A stretch of DNA of 64,000 nt from an uncultured Planctomycetaceae bacterium (GCA_963815195.1 CAWFGE010000012.1:992001-1056000); one strand, 5' to 3'; shown: positions 18,922-28,548, numbered from the stretch's first letter. A program made the numbers and translations. Notes: generated from the sequence alone by a model not told the origin.

Positions 18922-20292
18922 TCAATCGTCCGCAAACGCCCTCAACGGTAGGCTTTGAGGGCGTTTTTCGTTTTCGGTTTCTGGAAGGTCCGTTTCCTCA
19001 ACCGGCCGCACCGGGCCGCGTGTTTGGGCGTCAGGGCGTGTGGCCAAACGTGTGACCACAGGTCGGCTCTCCTCCGTCCCGGTGGAACGCAACGCGGCGG
19101 GTTCGGCCTCCGCCTTGCTTTCGCTTTCACCGGGAGAGAGAGAGGGCAGTCGGTTCACGGCGGACGCCAAGTCATAAATGTTGGCGTGCATGTACCGCAT
19201 CGTCATTTGGGGCGTAGTATGGCGAGCCAGTTCCATCGCCTCTTTGATCGTCGCTCCGGACCGGCCCAACTGGGAGCAGAACGTGTGCCGGAGAGCGTGG
19301 AAGTCGGCAAAGCCGGCCTCGGTCTCGTAGGGGACGCCTGCGATTTCCAGGTCTGCTTGCAGCCACTTGCCGGCCCGCTTTTGTTCGGCCCACGGCCCCG
19401 GCCAGAGCCGTTCGGCCGGGGCGAGCGTGTCCAGGTACGGTCGCAGCAACTCCACCAGTTCCGCCGAGAGCGGTAGCAAATCGCCCCGCCGAGCCTTTTC
19501 GTCCTCGGCTTTGATGCTGACCGTGGGCATCTCGGCATCCAAATCGAAATGACCAGGAGTGAGTGAAGCCAACTCCGAGGCACGCAGCCCCGTTCCAACG
19601 GCCATCGCATACAGCAGGAACCGCTGCTCCCCGGTGAGGGGCTTCCGGGCCGGCCCGTTGCGAGTCGCTTCAAACAGCTTGGCCAACTCGTCCGAAGTCA
19701 ACTCGCGGCGGGGATGCCGCTGGTCGAGTTTGACGTTCCCGCCTTGCAGGTGGACCAGGCGATCCTCGCCGATGCGGTGATCCCGCACCATCCAACGTGT
19801 GAACTGCTTTACGGCGGTGAGGTAGTGGTTCACGGTCTGCTGCGAGCGGCTTTTTTTCAACTCCGCGAGGTATTCCTGAACCCGGCTTGCCGAGATGTCA
19901 CCGGGGTAGCGAAAGCGGCAGCCGGTCATCACGGCTTCGGCCCGGCCCCGCTTCAAGCGGCAATAGTCCTCGGTGTTGCCTTTGTGCCGAAGGTTCTTTT
20001 CAAAGTCCTCCAGGTGAACCACCAGCGGGCGTTTGGCGTGTTCCGCAAAGGGGCTGGCCGTCCCGGAACGCTGACGCTCGGCCTCGCGTTCCAATTCGGT
20101 CAGCATGTGCCGGGCCGCTTCCTTGTTGGAACACAGCCGCTCCTCGCGGATGATTCCGTTGGCGTCCCGGTACGTCCCGTACCAGTCCTTGGATCTCACC
20201 TGCTTCTTCACTCCCCCCGGTGCATCCTTTTTGCTCCGCTTGCCGGTCTCACGATCAACGTATCGCGTTCGTGTCCGCTTAAACAAACCCAT
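18922..20292 (-). CDS. int: Tyrosine recombinase / phage integrase
   Basis: TGLRASEL (R), DEKARR (K), FHALRHTF (HxxR), LARH, MRY catalytic Tyr. Confidence 0.95.
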   Translation of the reverse strand: MGLFKRTRTRYVDRETGKRSKKDAPGGVKKQVRSKDWYGTYRDANGIIREERLCSNKEAARHMLTELEREAERQRSGTASPFAEHAKRPLVVHLEDFEKNLRHKGNTEDYCRLKRGRAEAVMTGCRFRYPGDISASRVQEYLAELKKSRSQQTVNHYLTAVKQFTRWMVRDHRIGEDRLVHLQGGNVKLDQRHPRRELTSDELAKLFEATRNGPARKPLTGEQRFLLYAMAVGTGLRASELASLTPGHFDLDAEMPTVSIKAEDEKARRGDLLPLSAELVELLRPYLDTLAPAERLWPGPWAEQKRAGKWLQADLEIAGVPYETEAGFADFHALRHTFCSQLGRSGATIKEAMELARHTTPQMTMRYMHANIYDLASAVNRLPSLSPGESESKAEAEPAALRSTGTEESRPVVTRLATRPDAQTRGPVRPVEETDLPETENEKRPQSLPLRAFADD

Positions 20293-20381
20293 CGAATTGC
20301 CTTTCCGGGAAAACGCTGCGGAGGGGCAGCCCGGTTTCCCGGTCCAGGCCAACCCCGCCCGCAGCAAAGGTCAAAGTGGTT

Positions 20382-20885
20382 TTACTTTTTCAGCTTGTGG
20401 CCGTAGTTCATGGCCACGTCGCCATCGGCGTCGTAGCGTTGGCTCGGCACTTCGGGAGGATTGCCGGTAATCTTCGGAAACCCGCCCCTGTTGTACTTGC
20501 CTCGCACGCTCGCAACTTTCTTGAGCACCTCGGAATCACGGCCGGGGAACGCGGCCTGCATCCAGCCACAGATCACCGCGTCCGTTTGGTGATGCGTCTC
20601 GTTTGCGACGAACGCCGAACACCAGGCCGCTTCAACGCCGAGGCCGGCCGGGATGACCACGCGATTGCCGTGCTTCACCTGCTCGGACTTGGGCCGCGAG
20701 ACTCCGCCTGGCCGAGCCGGAGGCCGCGATCCGGCCGCTTTCCCCTCACCGGTGGGAGGAGCAGCCTTCGCGGTTTTCTTCGCAGGCTTTTTGGCGGTTT
20801 TCTTGGTGGCCTTTTCGGGTTTGTAGTCGAGGCTGCTGCGTTGGGCGATCGTGTTTTTCTTGGCGGTTTTCTTTTTAGTTGCCAT
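20382..20885 (-). CDS. Hypothetical protein with Lys/Ala-rich histone H1-like N-terminus
   Basis: MATKKKTAKK...KATKKTAKKPAKKTAKAA; AAGGA RBS. Confidence 0.65.
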   Translation of the reverse strand: MATKKKTAKKNTIAQRSSLDYKPEKATKKTAKKPAKKTAKAAPPTGEGKAAGSRPPARPGGVSRPKSEQVKHGNRVVIPAGLGVEAAWCSAFVANETHHQTDAVICGWMQAAFPGRDSEVLKKVASVRGKYNRGGFPKITGNPPEVPSQRYDADGDVAMNYGHKLKK

Positions 20886-20988
20886 CGGTTTTCCTTTAGA
20901 GTTTGAGTTAAAGGGCCGGGACGTTTCGCAGGTGAGGAAGAAAACCCCGCTAACGCCCGGCCGGCCCGGCCCGTCGCGAGACGGACCA

Positions 20989-21315
20989 CTACTTCGGTGT
21001 CGATGTGGTTTGACGTTCGGCTTCACGCCGTTGGATTTCTTCGAGGTTCTCTTTGCGGCGATCCTCAAAGGCCTCGGCGTTCATTTCACGGCGTAGCCGA
21101 TCTTTTGCTTGGGTTTGGTCACGTTCACGCCGAGCCTTTTCGCGGTCTTCTTCAATTCGTTGCTGCACCTCCTCTGGTGATTCCTGCGGCAGGCGTCGCT
21201 CGGAACCGAGCCGGCGGGCGTGTTGGAGGGCGTCGTCATATTGCCGTAGCACTGTGACTTCGACTCCGACTTTCGCTGCGAGTTCCACGTCCGTCAGGTG
21301 AGGTTCCGCTTCCAT
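20989..21315 (-). CDS. Small HTH/coiled-coil hypothetical protein
   Basis: LTDVELAAKVGVEVTVLRQY resembles an HTH; GGAGA RBS. Confidence 0.55.
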   Translation of the reverse strand: MEAEPHLTDVELAAKVGVEVTVLRQYDDALQHARRLGSERRLPQESPEEVQQRIEEDREKARRERDQTQAKDRLRREMNAEAFEDRRKENLEEIQRREAERQTTSTPK

Positions 21316-21355
21316 TTTTGTTTCTCCAAAACGACAACCAGCAGGGCGAGCCAAC

Positions 21356-21390
21356 AAAAAAAGCCACGCGGGGATGCGGCCCCGCATGGC
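21356..21390 (-). terminator. Intrinsic terminator-like hairpin inside a larger structured region
   Basis: GCCATGCGGGG-ccgcat-CCCCGCGTGGC followed by T7 on the minus strand. Confidence 0.65.
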
Positions 21391-21585
21391 CTTGCTGTTG
21401 GCTGAATTCACCGGTGATGATCAGTCGCCGATGTCGCCCGGTCAGGTTGTCTATCTCAATTTATACTCAATATCCCCTCGTTTGTGTGGCGCGAATTCCA
21501 CTGCAAACACGAATCGTTACGCATGTAGACATGGCTGCATTAACTCGCATCGACTTGCATTAAAAAAATCCACATCGCAATTCAA

Positions 21586-22503
21586 TTAAATCGTCCACGG
21601 CCCCGGCGCACGCCAGATTTGATCAAACGATACTCCCTTGCTCACGGCCTCGGCGGGTGAAGCGAGAAATGTTTTGATGGTGTCGATGACTTCCGTTAAG
21701 CCCGTTTGAGCGTCGTTCAACCGTGACTTCCGCTGGAATGCCTGCCATTGGTTTGCTTTCGCCGGATCTGCAGCGAAAGTTGGAGAGAATGCCGTCGGTT
21801 CCGCCGTGACCGCTGTGCCACGATTGGCAAAGGTCTTTTCGATGGCCGAAGCCAAACTCGTTCCCTCGAAATCAAACTGTCGCGAGAGAACCCAGATATT
21901 GTAGAAGTCCTTCAGGCGGCTGTTTAACAACCCAAGTTTGACCATTGCCTCGAACTTTTCCGCGATGACCGTTTCGCGAGGATAGCCGTTCATTCTCGGA
22001 GCGGCTTGATCCAGGATCGTGGGGTAATCCGTCACTTCTGGTCCGGGATACATGACATCTCCAAAGCCGATGTCGATTTGCATGGATATGCGAGCGTTTT
22101 CCAGAGACCCGCGGAACGTAACGCGAACGCCCTCGTAATCGGCGTCTTCCTTAATCACGATTCCCTCGACGCTTTCGGCATCGAACATCAGTCCGTCCGC
22201 CTCGACGCTCTGGCGGCACACCTCGCGCATTACCGCTGCCAATGCATTTGGGCTGTTGTTCATATGGCCCAGCAGATCGATGTCTTTGGTGGGGCGGGAC
22301 GTAGGCGTTCGCCAAACGTTGAACATCAACGCCCCCTTCAGCACGAAGCGATCGGAATGAGAGGACTGTGCCAAGCGGTAGAGGAATCGCTCCATCGCAT
22401 AGTATTGCAACACTTCTTGAAATGGCCGCCCGCTTGACCGCGCGACATTCTGAAGCCGCTGACGGACCGAGGCTGCCATGTTTGTGACTTTGCGCTTGTT
22501 CAC
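21586..22503 (-). CDS. abiEii: AbiEii/AbiGii-family nucleotidyltransferase toxin (type IV TA)
   Basis: FVLKGALM, RPTKDIDL, QIDIGFGD, AEKFEAM, SRLKDFY. Confidence 0.9.
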   Translation of the reverse strand: MNKRKVTNMAASVRQRLQNVARSSGRPFQEVLQYYAMERFLYRLAQSSHSDRFVLKGALMFNVWRTPTSRPTKDIDLLGHMNNSPNALAAVMREVCRQSVEADGLMFDAESVEGIVIKEDADYEGVRVTFRGSLENARISMQIDIGFGDVMYPGPEVTDYPTILDQAAPRMNGYPRETVIAEKFEAMVKLGLLNSRLKDFYNIWVLSRQFDFEGTSLASAIEKTFANRGTAVTAEPTAFSPTFAADPAKANQWQAFQRKSRLNDAQTGLTEVIDTIKTFLASPAEAVSKGVSFDQIWRAPGPWTI

Positions 22504-23117
22504 AGGATGGCTTCAAGATACGGCGTGAGGACTCGCGCGACGCGGCGAACGCGGGCATATCGGAGCAGGGCATCGATATCGATCCGGCGCTGCTGCTTGT
22601 AGAAACGCAGGGATTCGAGGCAGGTGTCGAGACCAATCTTGTTGCGGTATCGGAAACAATCGGCGATCGTCTTTTCGCGACTATAGATCCGGACCGGCAC
22701 ATCATCGAGGCGGTGCGTTTCGATCCCTTCCGAGAAGGATGCTCCGCTGAACCAAAATGTTCGCACGGGCGGATAATCGATGCGAGGCGGTTCGGCTCCC
22801 CTGTTTATAGCCAGATAGACTTCGTGTGGAATTTGCGTGGTCAATTCGTGGAACGCGAGCGCGGAAATAAGGCAAATGACACCCTCTGGAGCGCGAAGGC
22901 CGACAGCAACCAGATCGGGATTCCCCAATGGAACGGCACTTGTGAGCCGGTAGAGCCCCCGGCTTAGACTTTCGATGCTGCCATCGTCACGCAGGGCGTA
23001 GAGCGTGCGGGGATGGATTCCTTCGCGCAATGCATCCTTCGTCCGCATAATCCCCCCGTGCTCACGAAAGGTTTCCAGAGCCCGTTTCAGGCTGTCGTTA
23101 TTTGTTGATGAGGCCAT
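22500..23117 (-). CDS. abiEi: AbiEi-family antitoxin (type IV TA)
   Basis: N-terminal wHTH (LSRGLYRL), ICLISALAFHELTTQIP, EKTIADCFRYRNKIG; GTGA overlap with the toxin. Confidence 0.9.
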   Translation of the reverse strand: MASSTNNDSLKRALETFREHGGIMRTKDALREGIHPRTLYALRDDGSIESLSRGLYRLTSAVPLGNPDLVAVGLRAPEGVICLISALAFHELTTQIPHEVYLAINRGAEPPRIDYPPVRTFWFSGASFSEGIETHRLDDVPVRIYSREKTIADCFRYRNKIGLDTCLESLRFYKQQRRIDIDALLRYARVRRVARVLTPYLEAIL

Positions 23118-23236
23118 GATGGATAAATATACCTGCAAACCTGTGATAGTGCAGGTGATTCTATCCACTCTTGACCATGCTGGCAACCTCCAATGCTGTA
23201 AGTTGGATACCCGCAGCAACTTGCATTGAAGTGAGG

Positions 23237-23416
23237 TTACCCAATAATCCGTTCGCAGGTCGTCACCCGCCGCCCGCAATGCCGGCATTCCCGGCGACGG
23301 ACGAGCTTCCCACCCGCGGCGCGACGGGTATAAATGACGTAAAAATGCCGACACCCGCAATGGCGGCAGCGGAGGCCGCGGTCGTCTTCAGGTACGCTCG
23401 TCTTCTCTTCCTTCAT
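23237..23416 (-). CDS. 59-aa zinc-ribbon protein (NrdR/Ogr-like), missing from the ORF track
   Basis: MKEEKTSVPEDDRGLRCRHCGCRHFYVIYTRRAAGGKLVRRRECRHCGRRVTTCERIIG*; ATGA overlap with the terminase stop. Confidence 0.8.
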   Translation of the reverse strand: MKEEKTSVPEDDRGLRCRHCGCRHFYVIYTRRAAGGKLVRRRECRHCGRRVTTCERIIG

Positions 23417-23535
23417 GCTCGTTTTCTCCGCTGCAACTCGGCGAAGCTAACCCGCTCGCGGTTGACGGTCCTGACGCTACCGCCGGTGTCTGCGAGAACC
23501 GAGCCTTGGATCGACGCCGCCACGGCGCAACCAAC

Positions 23536-25003
23536 CACCCCTTTCAACATGTCACTTACCCCTGGATTTGGCCAGAGTTCGCGCGGTGGAGATATGGTGA
23601 TTCCGTTTGCCGCTCTTTTTTCGAGGCTGTGGTTTTTTCGGCCCGCGTTTCTTTTTGGGGTAACGCGTCAAGTCGATGCGTGTAGCAAGTCGCACCAACT
23701 CGCTCGCAAGTTTTCCAGCAGACATGATTTGATAGTGTTGCCAGGCTTCGGCGTCCACGGCAATGTTCATGCCCACCGTCGTGGCAGTCACGTCCTGCGT
23801 CAGGTGGTAGTCCGACAGCTCTTCATCGATCGTTTCTTCACCGTGAACCGATCGCAGCGCCGCTTTCACCACGGCATAGGTGTTATAAGCCAAAACCGCC
23901 GTGGCGAAGGCGAACAGCGCCGCCTTGGGGTAGCCCAGCGTCTCCACTTCGCAGCGCAACACCTCGGTCAGAGTTTGGAAGGCTTCTTCAATCGTCCAGC
24001 GCTTGCGATACAGAAAAGCCACTTTTCGCGCATTGGCGACTTTGACAGGCAAGTTGGTCAGGATGTGAATCTCAGTGTCACCATTCTCTGTGGGCGTATC
24101 CAATTGGATGGTGATCCGCCGGACTCGCAACGTCTCTTCACCCTGGGACAGCTCGGCCGACTGCTCGAAAACAACACCCGTTTCGATGCGTCCGATGCGT
24201 TTCCGGCGACCGACGAGTTTCCAGGTGAGTGTCGAAGCGTGTTGGCGAATGACAAAGTAGGCCGACTGCTTGACAATTCCAAACAGAAACTTGGTCGTGC
24301 AGAAGTTCCGGTCGGCGATTGTCACTGTCTCGGCCCGGATCCATTCCAGAAGCTCCGGCAGAAGCGAACGTTCCTGGGCATGGCCGTCTTCACACGGAAG
24401 CAGTTCCGAAATCAGATCCCGCTGCGCGTCCAGAAGCGCCAAGGTCTGGCCGGGCAAAGGGCCTTCCCGCGTGACGCGCAATTCCGCCAGCCGATGCTCG
24501 GTCGCCGCCAAATGATTCCCATCCAAATACTGCACGTGATAGCCCGGCAAAAGTTCGCGGCATGCTCCCGGCATGGAATCGATGACTTGAGCCGCGTCCT
24601 GGCTCGTTTCCCGGATCATCGTCGCCGAAAGGCCGGGTTCCAGACGGTTCAACTTGCCATAAAGTGCGGCCGGCGAAACCGCCAGTTGATCCTTGGCGGC
24701 CAAGTATCCGGCATGGACCGACTTGTGCGTCCGCGTTGCCACGCCCATCATCAGGGCCACCACTTGCGAAAACAGCAATTCTTTCTCGTATTGTCTCTGC
24801 GAAGCGTCGGCGAAAATCTCATCCAGTCGATCCGGCGACACAAGATTCTCGAGCGTCGCTCGAACCATCACTGCTGCTGGACATTGTTCCACAAAACGAT
24901 CAAGCACAGCGTCGGGCCACATCCTTGCCGCCTCCATAAGGTTTGATACAACAATCCCTGTAGAAGCGACTTATAGCAAAAATCTAACATGTTGAAAGGG
25001 GTG
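23536..25003 (-). mobile_element. IS4-family insertion sequence (1468 bp)
   Basis: Perfect 17-bp terminal IRs CACCCCTTTCAACATGT (23536-23552, 24987-25003); 12-bp target duplication GGCGCAACCAAC (23524-23535, 25004-25015). Confidence 0.95.
23552..24937 (-). CDS. tnp: IS4-family DDE transposase
   Basis: YLDGN, IADRNF, LYRKRWTIEEAFQTL (YREK-like motif). Confidence 0.93.
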   Translation of the reverse strand: MEAARMWPDAVLDRFVEQCPAAVMVRATLENLVSPDRLDEIFADASQRQYEKELLFSQVVALMMGVATRTHKSVHAGYLAAKDQLAVSPAALYGKLNRLEPGLSATMIRETSQDAAQVIDSMPGACRELLPGYHVQYLDGNHLAATEHRLAELRVTREGPLPGQTLALLDAQRDLISELLPCEDGHAQERSLLPELLEWIRAETVTIADRNFCTTKFLFGIVKQSAYFVIRQHASTLTWKLVGRRKRIGRIETGVVFEQSAELSQGEETLRVRRITIQLDTPTENGDTEIHILTNLPVKVANARKVAFLYRKRWTIEEAFQTLTEVLRCEVETLGYPKAALFAFATAVLAYNTYAVVKAALRSVHGEETIDEELSDYHLTQDVTATTVGMNIAVDAEAWQHYQIMSAGKLASELVRLATRIDLTRYPKKKRGPKKPQPRKKSGKRNHHISTARTLAKSRGK

Positions 25004-27158
25004 GGCGCAACCAACCAACCCATCAAACCAGTGGTTGTCGCCCCGCTCGGGTCGCTGTTTCCATTCGTCCACCGTCCGTCCGCGACCTTCGGTCTTCACG
25101 CGGTACTCGGCCGTGAGGTGTTCGGCCAACAGGCGATGCTGGTCGGGGCTGTCGCCGAAGAGCGAGAGGCAACCACGATCTCCCATCGCCACGGCAAGTC
25201 GGGCATGGACAAACGACTTCCAGAAGTTCGTGTCGTAAACGACGTGCCGCACCGCCCGCTTGCCAGCCACGTTCGGCATTCGCCAGTTGTGGCCGACGCG
25301 GTCGCCGGGCCGCCGCTTGTATTCGGAGAAGGGCTGGCTCGACGCACCGACGAACCGCCCGTGGCTCGGGAGCACGATCCCCGCGTGCGCTGACTGCCGG
25401 CAGAACTGGTAGACCACGTCGGTGCTTGATCCCCAGTTGGCGTCGATCAGGCAACGTTCGATGCGGAGCATGGCCCCGTCGTCGCGCCGCCATTCGCGGC
25501 CAAGATAGGTCGTCGTTAAAAGCGTCCAGACCGGCGTAGATCGAGCCTTCCAAGCCGACTGCTTTCGTTGCGGCTGCCAGCGTATGCCGAGCGTCGCGGA
25601 GCGTGAAGTACGGACGCTGCTGGTCGGGATACGTGCCGTAATCGACGACGTAGCCCGTGAAATCGTCCTCCCAGGCCGCGACCACGATAGAACAGCAAGT
25701 TCGCCTGCACGTCGATGAACATCGTCAGGTGGTTGCACGCCGATCGGCACCTCGGCGCGGCTCATGCGGTTGAGTCTTGCCGGCGATCTGGTCCGCCGTC
25801 AGGTCGTCACATTCCGCCGAGTCCACCGGCAGCGGCTCGTTCTGATACTCCGCGAAGAACGCCGCCTCGTCCTGCAGCTTGAGGTTCATCGCGTGCTGGA
25901 TCGCCGAGAGCTTCGTCGTGGTTGAACCGCTCCGGCCAGGCGACCTCCGCGCCGGCGTCCATCGCCTCTCGATTGTCAGAGTAGAACTCGGTCGCCAGCC
26001 GAATGTCGCCGTGGGCCCGGAGGCTCTCCGCTCGGAGTTCGGCGTACCGTTGCCACAGCTTTTCGTCGGTCGGGAACGAATAGACCATCTTGGTCCGCTC
26101 GCCGTTCCACTCCGGATGCTTGTCGCGTCGAGAGAATGTTGTCGGCCATGTCGCTGGGCCGGATCACCGTGCAGGGCATGATGCCGGAGATCTTCTTGCC
26201 GGGGCCGGCCAGACCCAGGATCGCGCCGGCCAGAATGCCTTCGCGGGTGGCGCACTGCGAAAGCGACCGGGCCGACTCGTCGGTTTGCGGGTCGTCGAGC
26301 ACCACGAGCGAAGGTCGAACCGTGTGCCCGTCCGCCCGCTTGTACTTCATGCCGCGAATCCGACCGGTGATTCCGGCCACCTTGATGATCGCGCCGCTCG
26401 CGACGCTGCCGGGCATCGTGGGCAGCACGATCTCGCGGGCCGTCCAGCCGATGTGTGTTCGCTCGCCCTGGTAGAGTTGGCCGTTGCAGCGGTTGGCGAT
26501 TCCGTCCAGGCACTGGATCGGATAGACGACCTCGGGATAGTCTTCGAGCAGCAGGTCGTTGCCGTCGAGTTCCATCTTGATCGAATCGAGCATGTCCATC
26601 GCGTGCCCTTCGTCGCTACCGATCAGGCAGACGAAGTCGCGGTGGCCGTTGAGCACTGCCCAGATGCAGGCACACTCGCAGATCGTCGTCTTGCCCGAGC
26701 CGCGCGGCATGGCCATTGCAAACAGCCCGCCGCGCAACACCGCCTGCTCGATCTTGGCGATGACCTTCAGATGGTCGGGCGACCAAGGCAGGTGGAACGT
26801 CAGCGGGAAATACGACTCGCAGAAGAATCGGAAATCGGATGCCGCCTGCGCCTTGCGGTCGGGATTCACGACGGCAGGCAGTTCGCCGATGTCGCGGCCG
26901 GCGATCGCCAGGGCCACGTTTCGCGCCCGGGCCCGATCTTTCAGTTTCTCGTAGGGATCGCCTTCGGGTTCTGGTTTGGGTGCATGACGGATCTCAACCA
27001 GCCATGCGACATACCGCAACAGATCGACAAACCGCCCGTCGCCGATCCGCATCCCAGCCCGCGTGCGATGGCGATGCAGCTGCCGCTCGTTGATCACTTC
27101 GCCCAGCGGCGTCGAGTTGAGCAGCCGGCACAGCTCGCTCGGCCGAAGCTTCCGCGGA

Positions 27159-27368
27159 TCAGTCGCCACGCCCCATCTCCTTTACGAGCCACGCCGCATA
27201 GTGCACGAGGTTCAATGTCCCATCGGCGTTCGTCGGACCACCCGCTTCAATATCGGAGCGAATTGTCGCCTCGTCGATCGATTGCCCGCCTACCGCAGAG
27301 AGCAGACGTGCCGCGTCGGGGATTGGCATTGCCAATGGATTGAGAGGATTCGGCCTCGGATCGTTCAT
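27159..27368 (-). CDS. Small HTH protein, probable terminase small subunit
   Basis: 69 aa overlapping the terminase start; AARLLS...TIRSDIEAG...LNLVHYAAWL resembles a Nu1-like wHTH. Confidence 0.55.
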   Translation of the reverse strand: MNDPRPNPLNPLAMPIPDAARLLSAVGGQSIDEATIRSDIEAGGPTNADGTLNLVHYAAWLVKEMGRGD

Positions 27369-27480
27369 CACCGCTTCTCTTTCCAGTGCTCCGGGGATTA
27401 CGTCATCAGCGTCACGTGGGTCAGGCAGATCTGCCGTTGATGCAATTCCGTGCAAATTCGCGCATCCCGTTCGTTCGCGG

Positions 27481-27580
27481 TGACGCAACGCTTGGGCGAA
27501 TGACGCAACGTCGTTGCCAGATGACGCAACGCCGATCTTCCAGAGCAGGCTTGAAGACGCTGTTGACGAGGATGACGCAA
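27481..27580 (+). repeat. Phased direct repeats TGACGCAACG
   Basis: Exact copies at 27481, 27501, 27522; partial TGACGCAA at 27573. Confidence 0.85.
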
Positions 27581-27742
27581 TTGCCGGTTCATCTTTCCGC
27601 CGCCCACGCCGGTGCCCCGAGAACGCCCAAAAAGAATTTCAGATTTTCTTCGGAATCTTGGCAAACATCGCTGGATGTTCCTCGCGACGCATGGCTCCAT
27701 GTGCATGTTCAAAGTTACATCGCACCAACCGAGGAGCCAAAC

Positions 27743-27994
27743 ATGCGAAACACGAACACGCTCGCCTTGCCCATCGCAATCTGGGCGGTCCTCTTGGACG
27801 TAGGCGAACCCATGACGATCGACGAAATCATCCGGGAGATGGCGCGACGCGGATTCTGGCGCTCGCACAACGGGCGTACCAACAACCGCGTCCCCAAGAT
27901 GATCGAGCGGGAAATACGCGAACGCAGAGAGAACGCGAAATATCGCCGGGTGGTCGGCGGGAAATACACCTGGCTCAAACCGGCGGCGGGCTAA
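27743..27994 (+). CDS. Winged-helix (HARE-HTH-like) protein
   Basis: AIWAVLLDVGEPMTIDEIIREM...FWRSHNGRT...REIRER...YRRV; GAGGAG RBS. Confidence 0.7.
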   Translation: MRNTNTLALPIAIWAVLLDVGEPMTIDEIIREMARRGFWRSHNGRTNNRVPKMIEREIRERRENAKYRRVVGGKYTWLKPAAG

Positions 27995-28054
27995 GCCGAA
28001 ACGCCCGCGAGGGCGTCGTCCGCGGGTGGTTCCGCAGGCCTGATGATGGCAGCC
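27995..28054 (+). ncRNA. Type II hammerhead ribozyme with pseudoknot
   Basis: GCC-GAAAC-GCCC(gcga)GGGC-GTC^-GTCCGCGG(gtggtt)CCGCAGGC-CTGATGA-T-GGC-AGCC: full catalytic core, stems I-III, tail AGCC complementary to loop-I GGTT. Confidence 0.85.
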
Positions 28055-28087
28055 TTTCCATCGCCCACCAAAACGAGGAGCCGAATC

Positions 28088-28519
28088 ATGGCGACCAAGA
28101 AAACCACGAAGAAGACCACCACCACGAAGGCCGCGACGAAGAAAACGGCGGCGGAACGCAAAGGCGCGGCAAAGGCAACCGCAGTTGCCAAGGCGAAGAA
28201 CGATCAGCGCAAGGCCAAGAGGGCCGCGACGAAGACCGCACCGGCCAGCGCCAAAAAGGCCAAGGCGAAGCCCGCGTCGAGTGGCGACAAGAAGATGAGC
28301 GCGTTGGACGCGGCGGCGAAGGTTCTGGCCGAATCGAAGGAGCCAATGCGGGCGAAGGACATCGTCGAAAAGATGGCGACGAAGGGCTATTGGACCTCGC
28401 CCGGCGGCAAGACGCCCCACGCCACGGTGGTCGCGGCGATCCTCCGGGAGATCCGCGACAAGGGGAACGATTCCCGGTTCAAGAAGGGTGAGCGCGGATT
28501 GTTCGTGGCCAACTCGTAA
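28088..28519 (+). CDS. HARE-HTH protein with histone H1-like Lys/Ala/Thr-rich N-terminus
   Basis: MATKKTTKK...; [12 protein letters not shown]...[23 protein letters not shown]...SRFKK.ERGLF. Confidence 0.8.
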   Translation: MATKKTTKKTTTTKAATKKTAAERKGAAKATAVAKAKNDQRKAKRAATKTAPASAKKAKAKPASSGDKKMSALDAAAKVLAESKEPMRAKDIVEKMATKGYWTSPGGKTPHATVVAAILREIRDKGNDSRFKKGERGLFVANS

Positions 28520-28548
28520 CCGACGCGGGATTCGCGTCGAGTTCGCCC

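Larger units (their letters stand above)
23413..27169 (-). pseudogene. Phage terminase large subunit (GpA-like), interrupted by IS4 and several frameshifts
   Basis: Walker A AMPRGSGKTT, Walker B VVLDD, nuclease part (FIDVQ, LIDANWG, DNHWFDGLVGC); C-terminus AVAASIQG...LQRRKRA* lies on the far side of the IS. Confidence 0.85.

Noticed and set aside
20910..20975. Hammerhead at minus-strand GCGAAACGTC
   Set aside because: No CTGANGA core; only a long hairpin
23171..24946. 591-aa plus-strand ORF
   Set aside because: Antisense to the IS4 transposase and crosses the IS boundary
27370..27420. Second hammerhead at minus-strand CTGATGA (27403-27409)
   Set aside because: No stem II or properly placed GAAA and stem III could be formed
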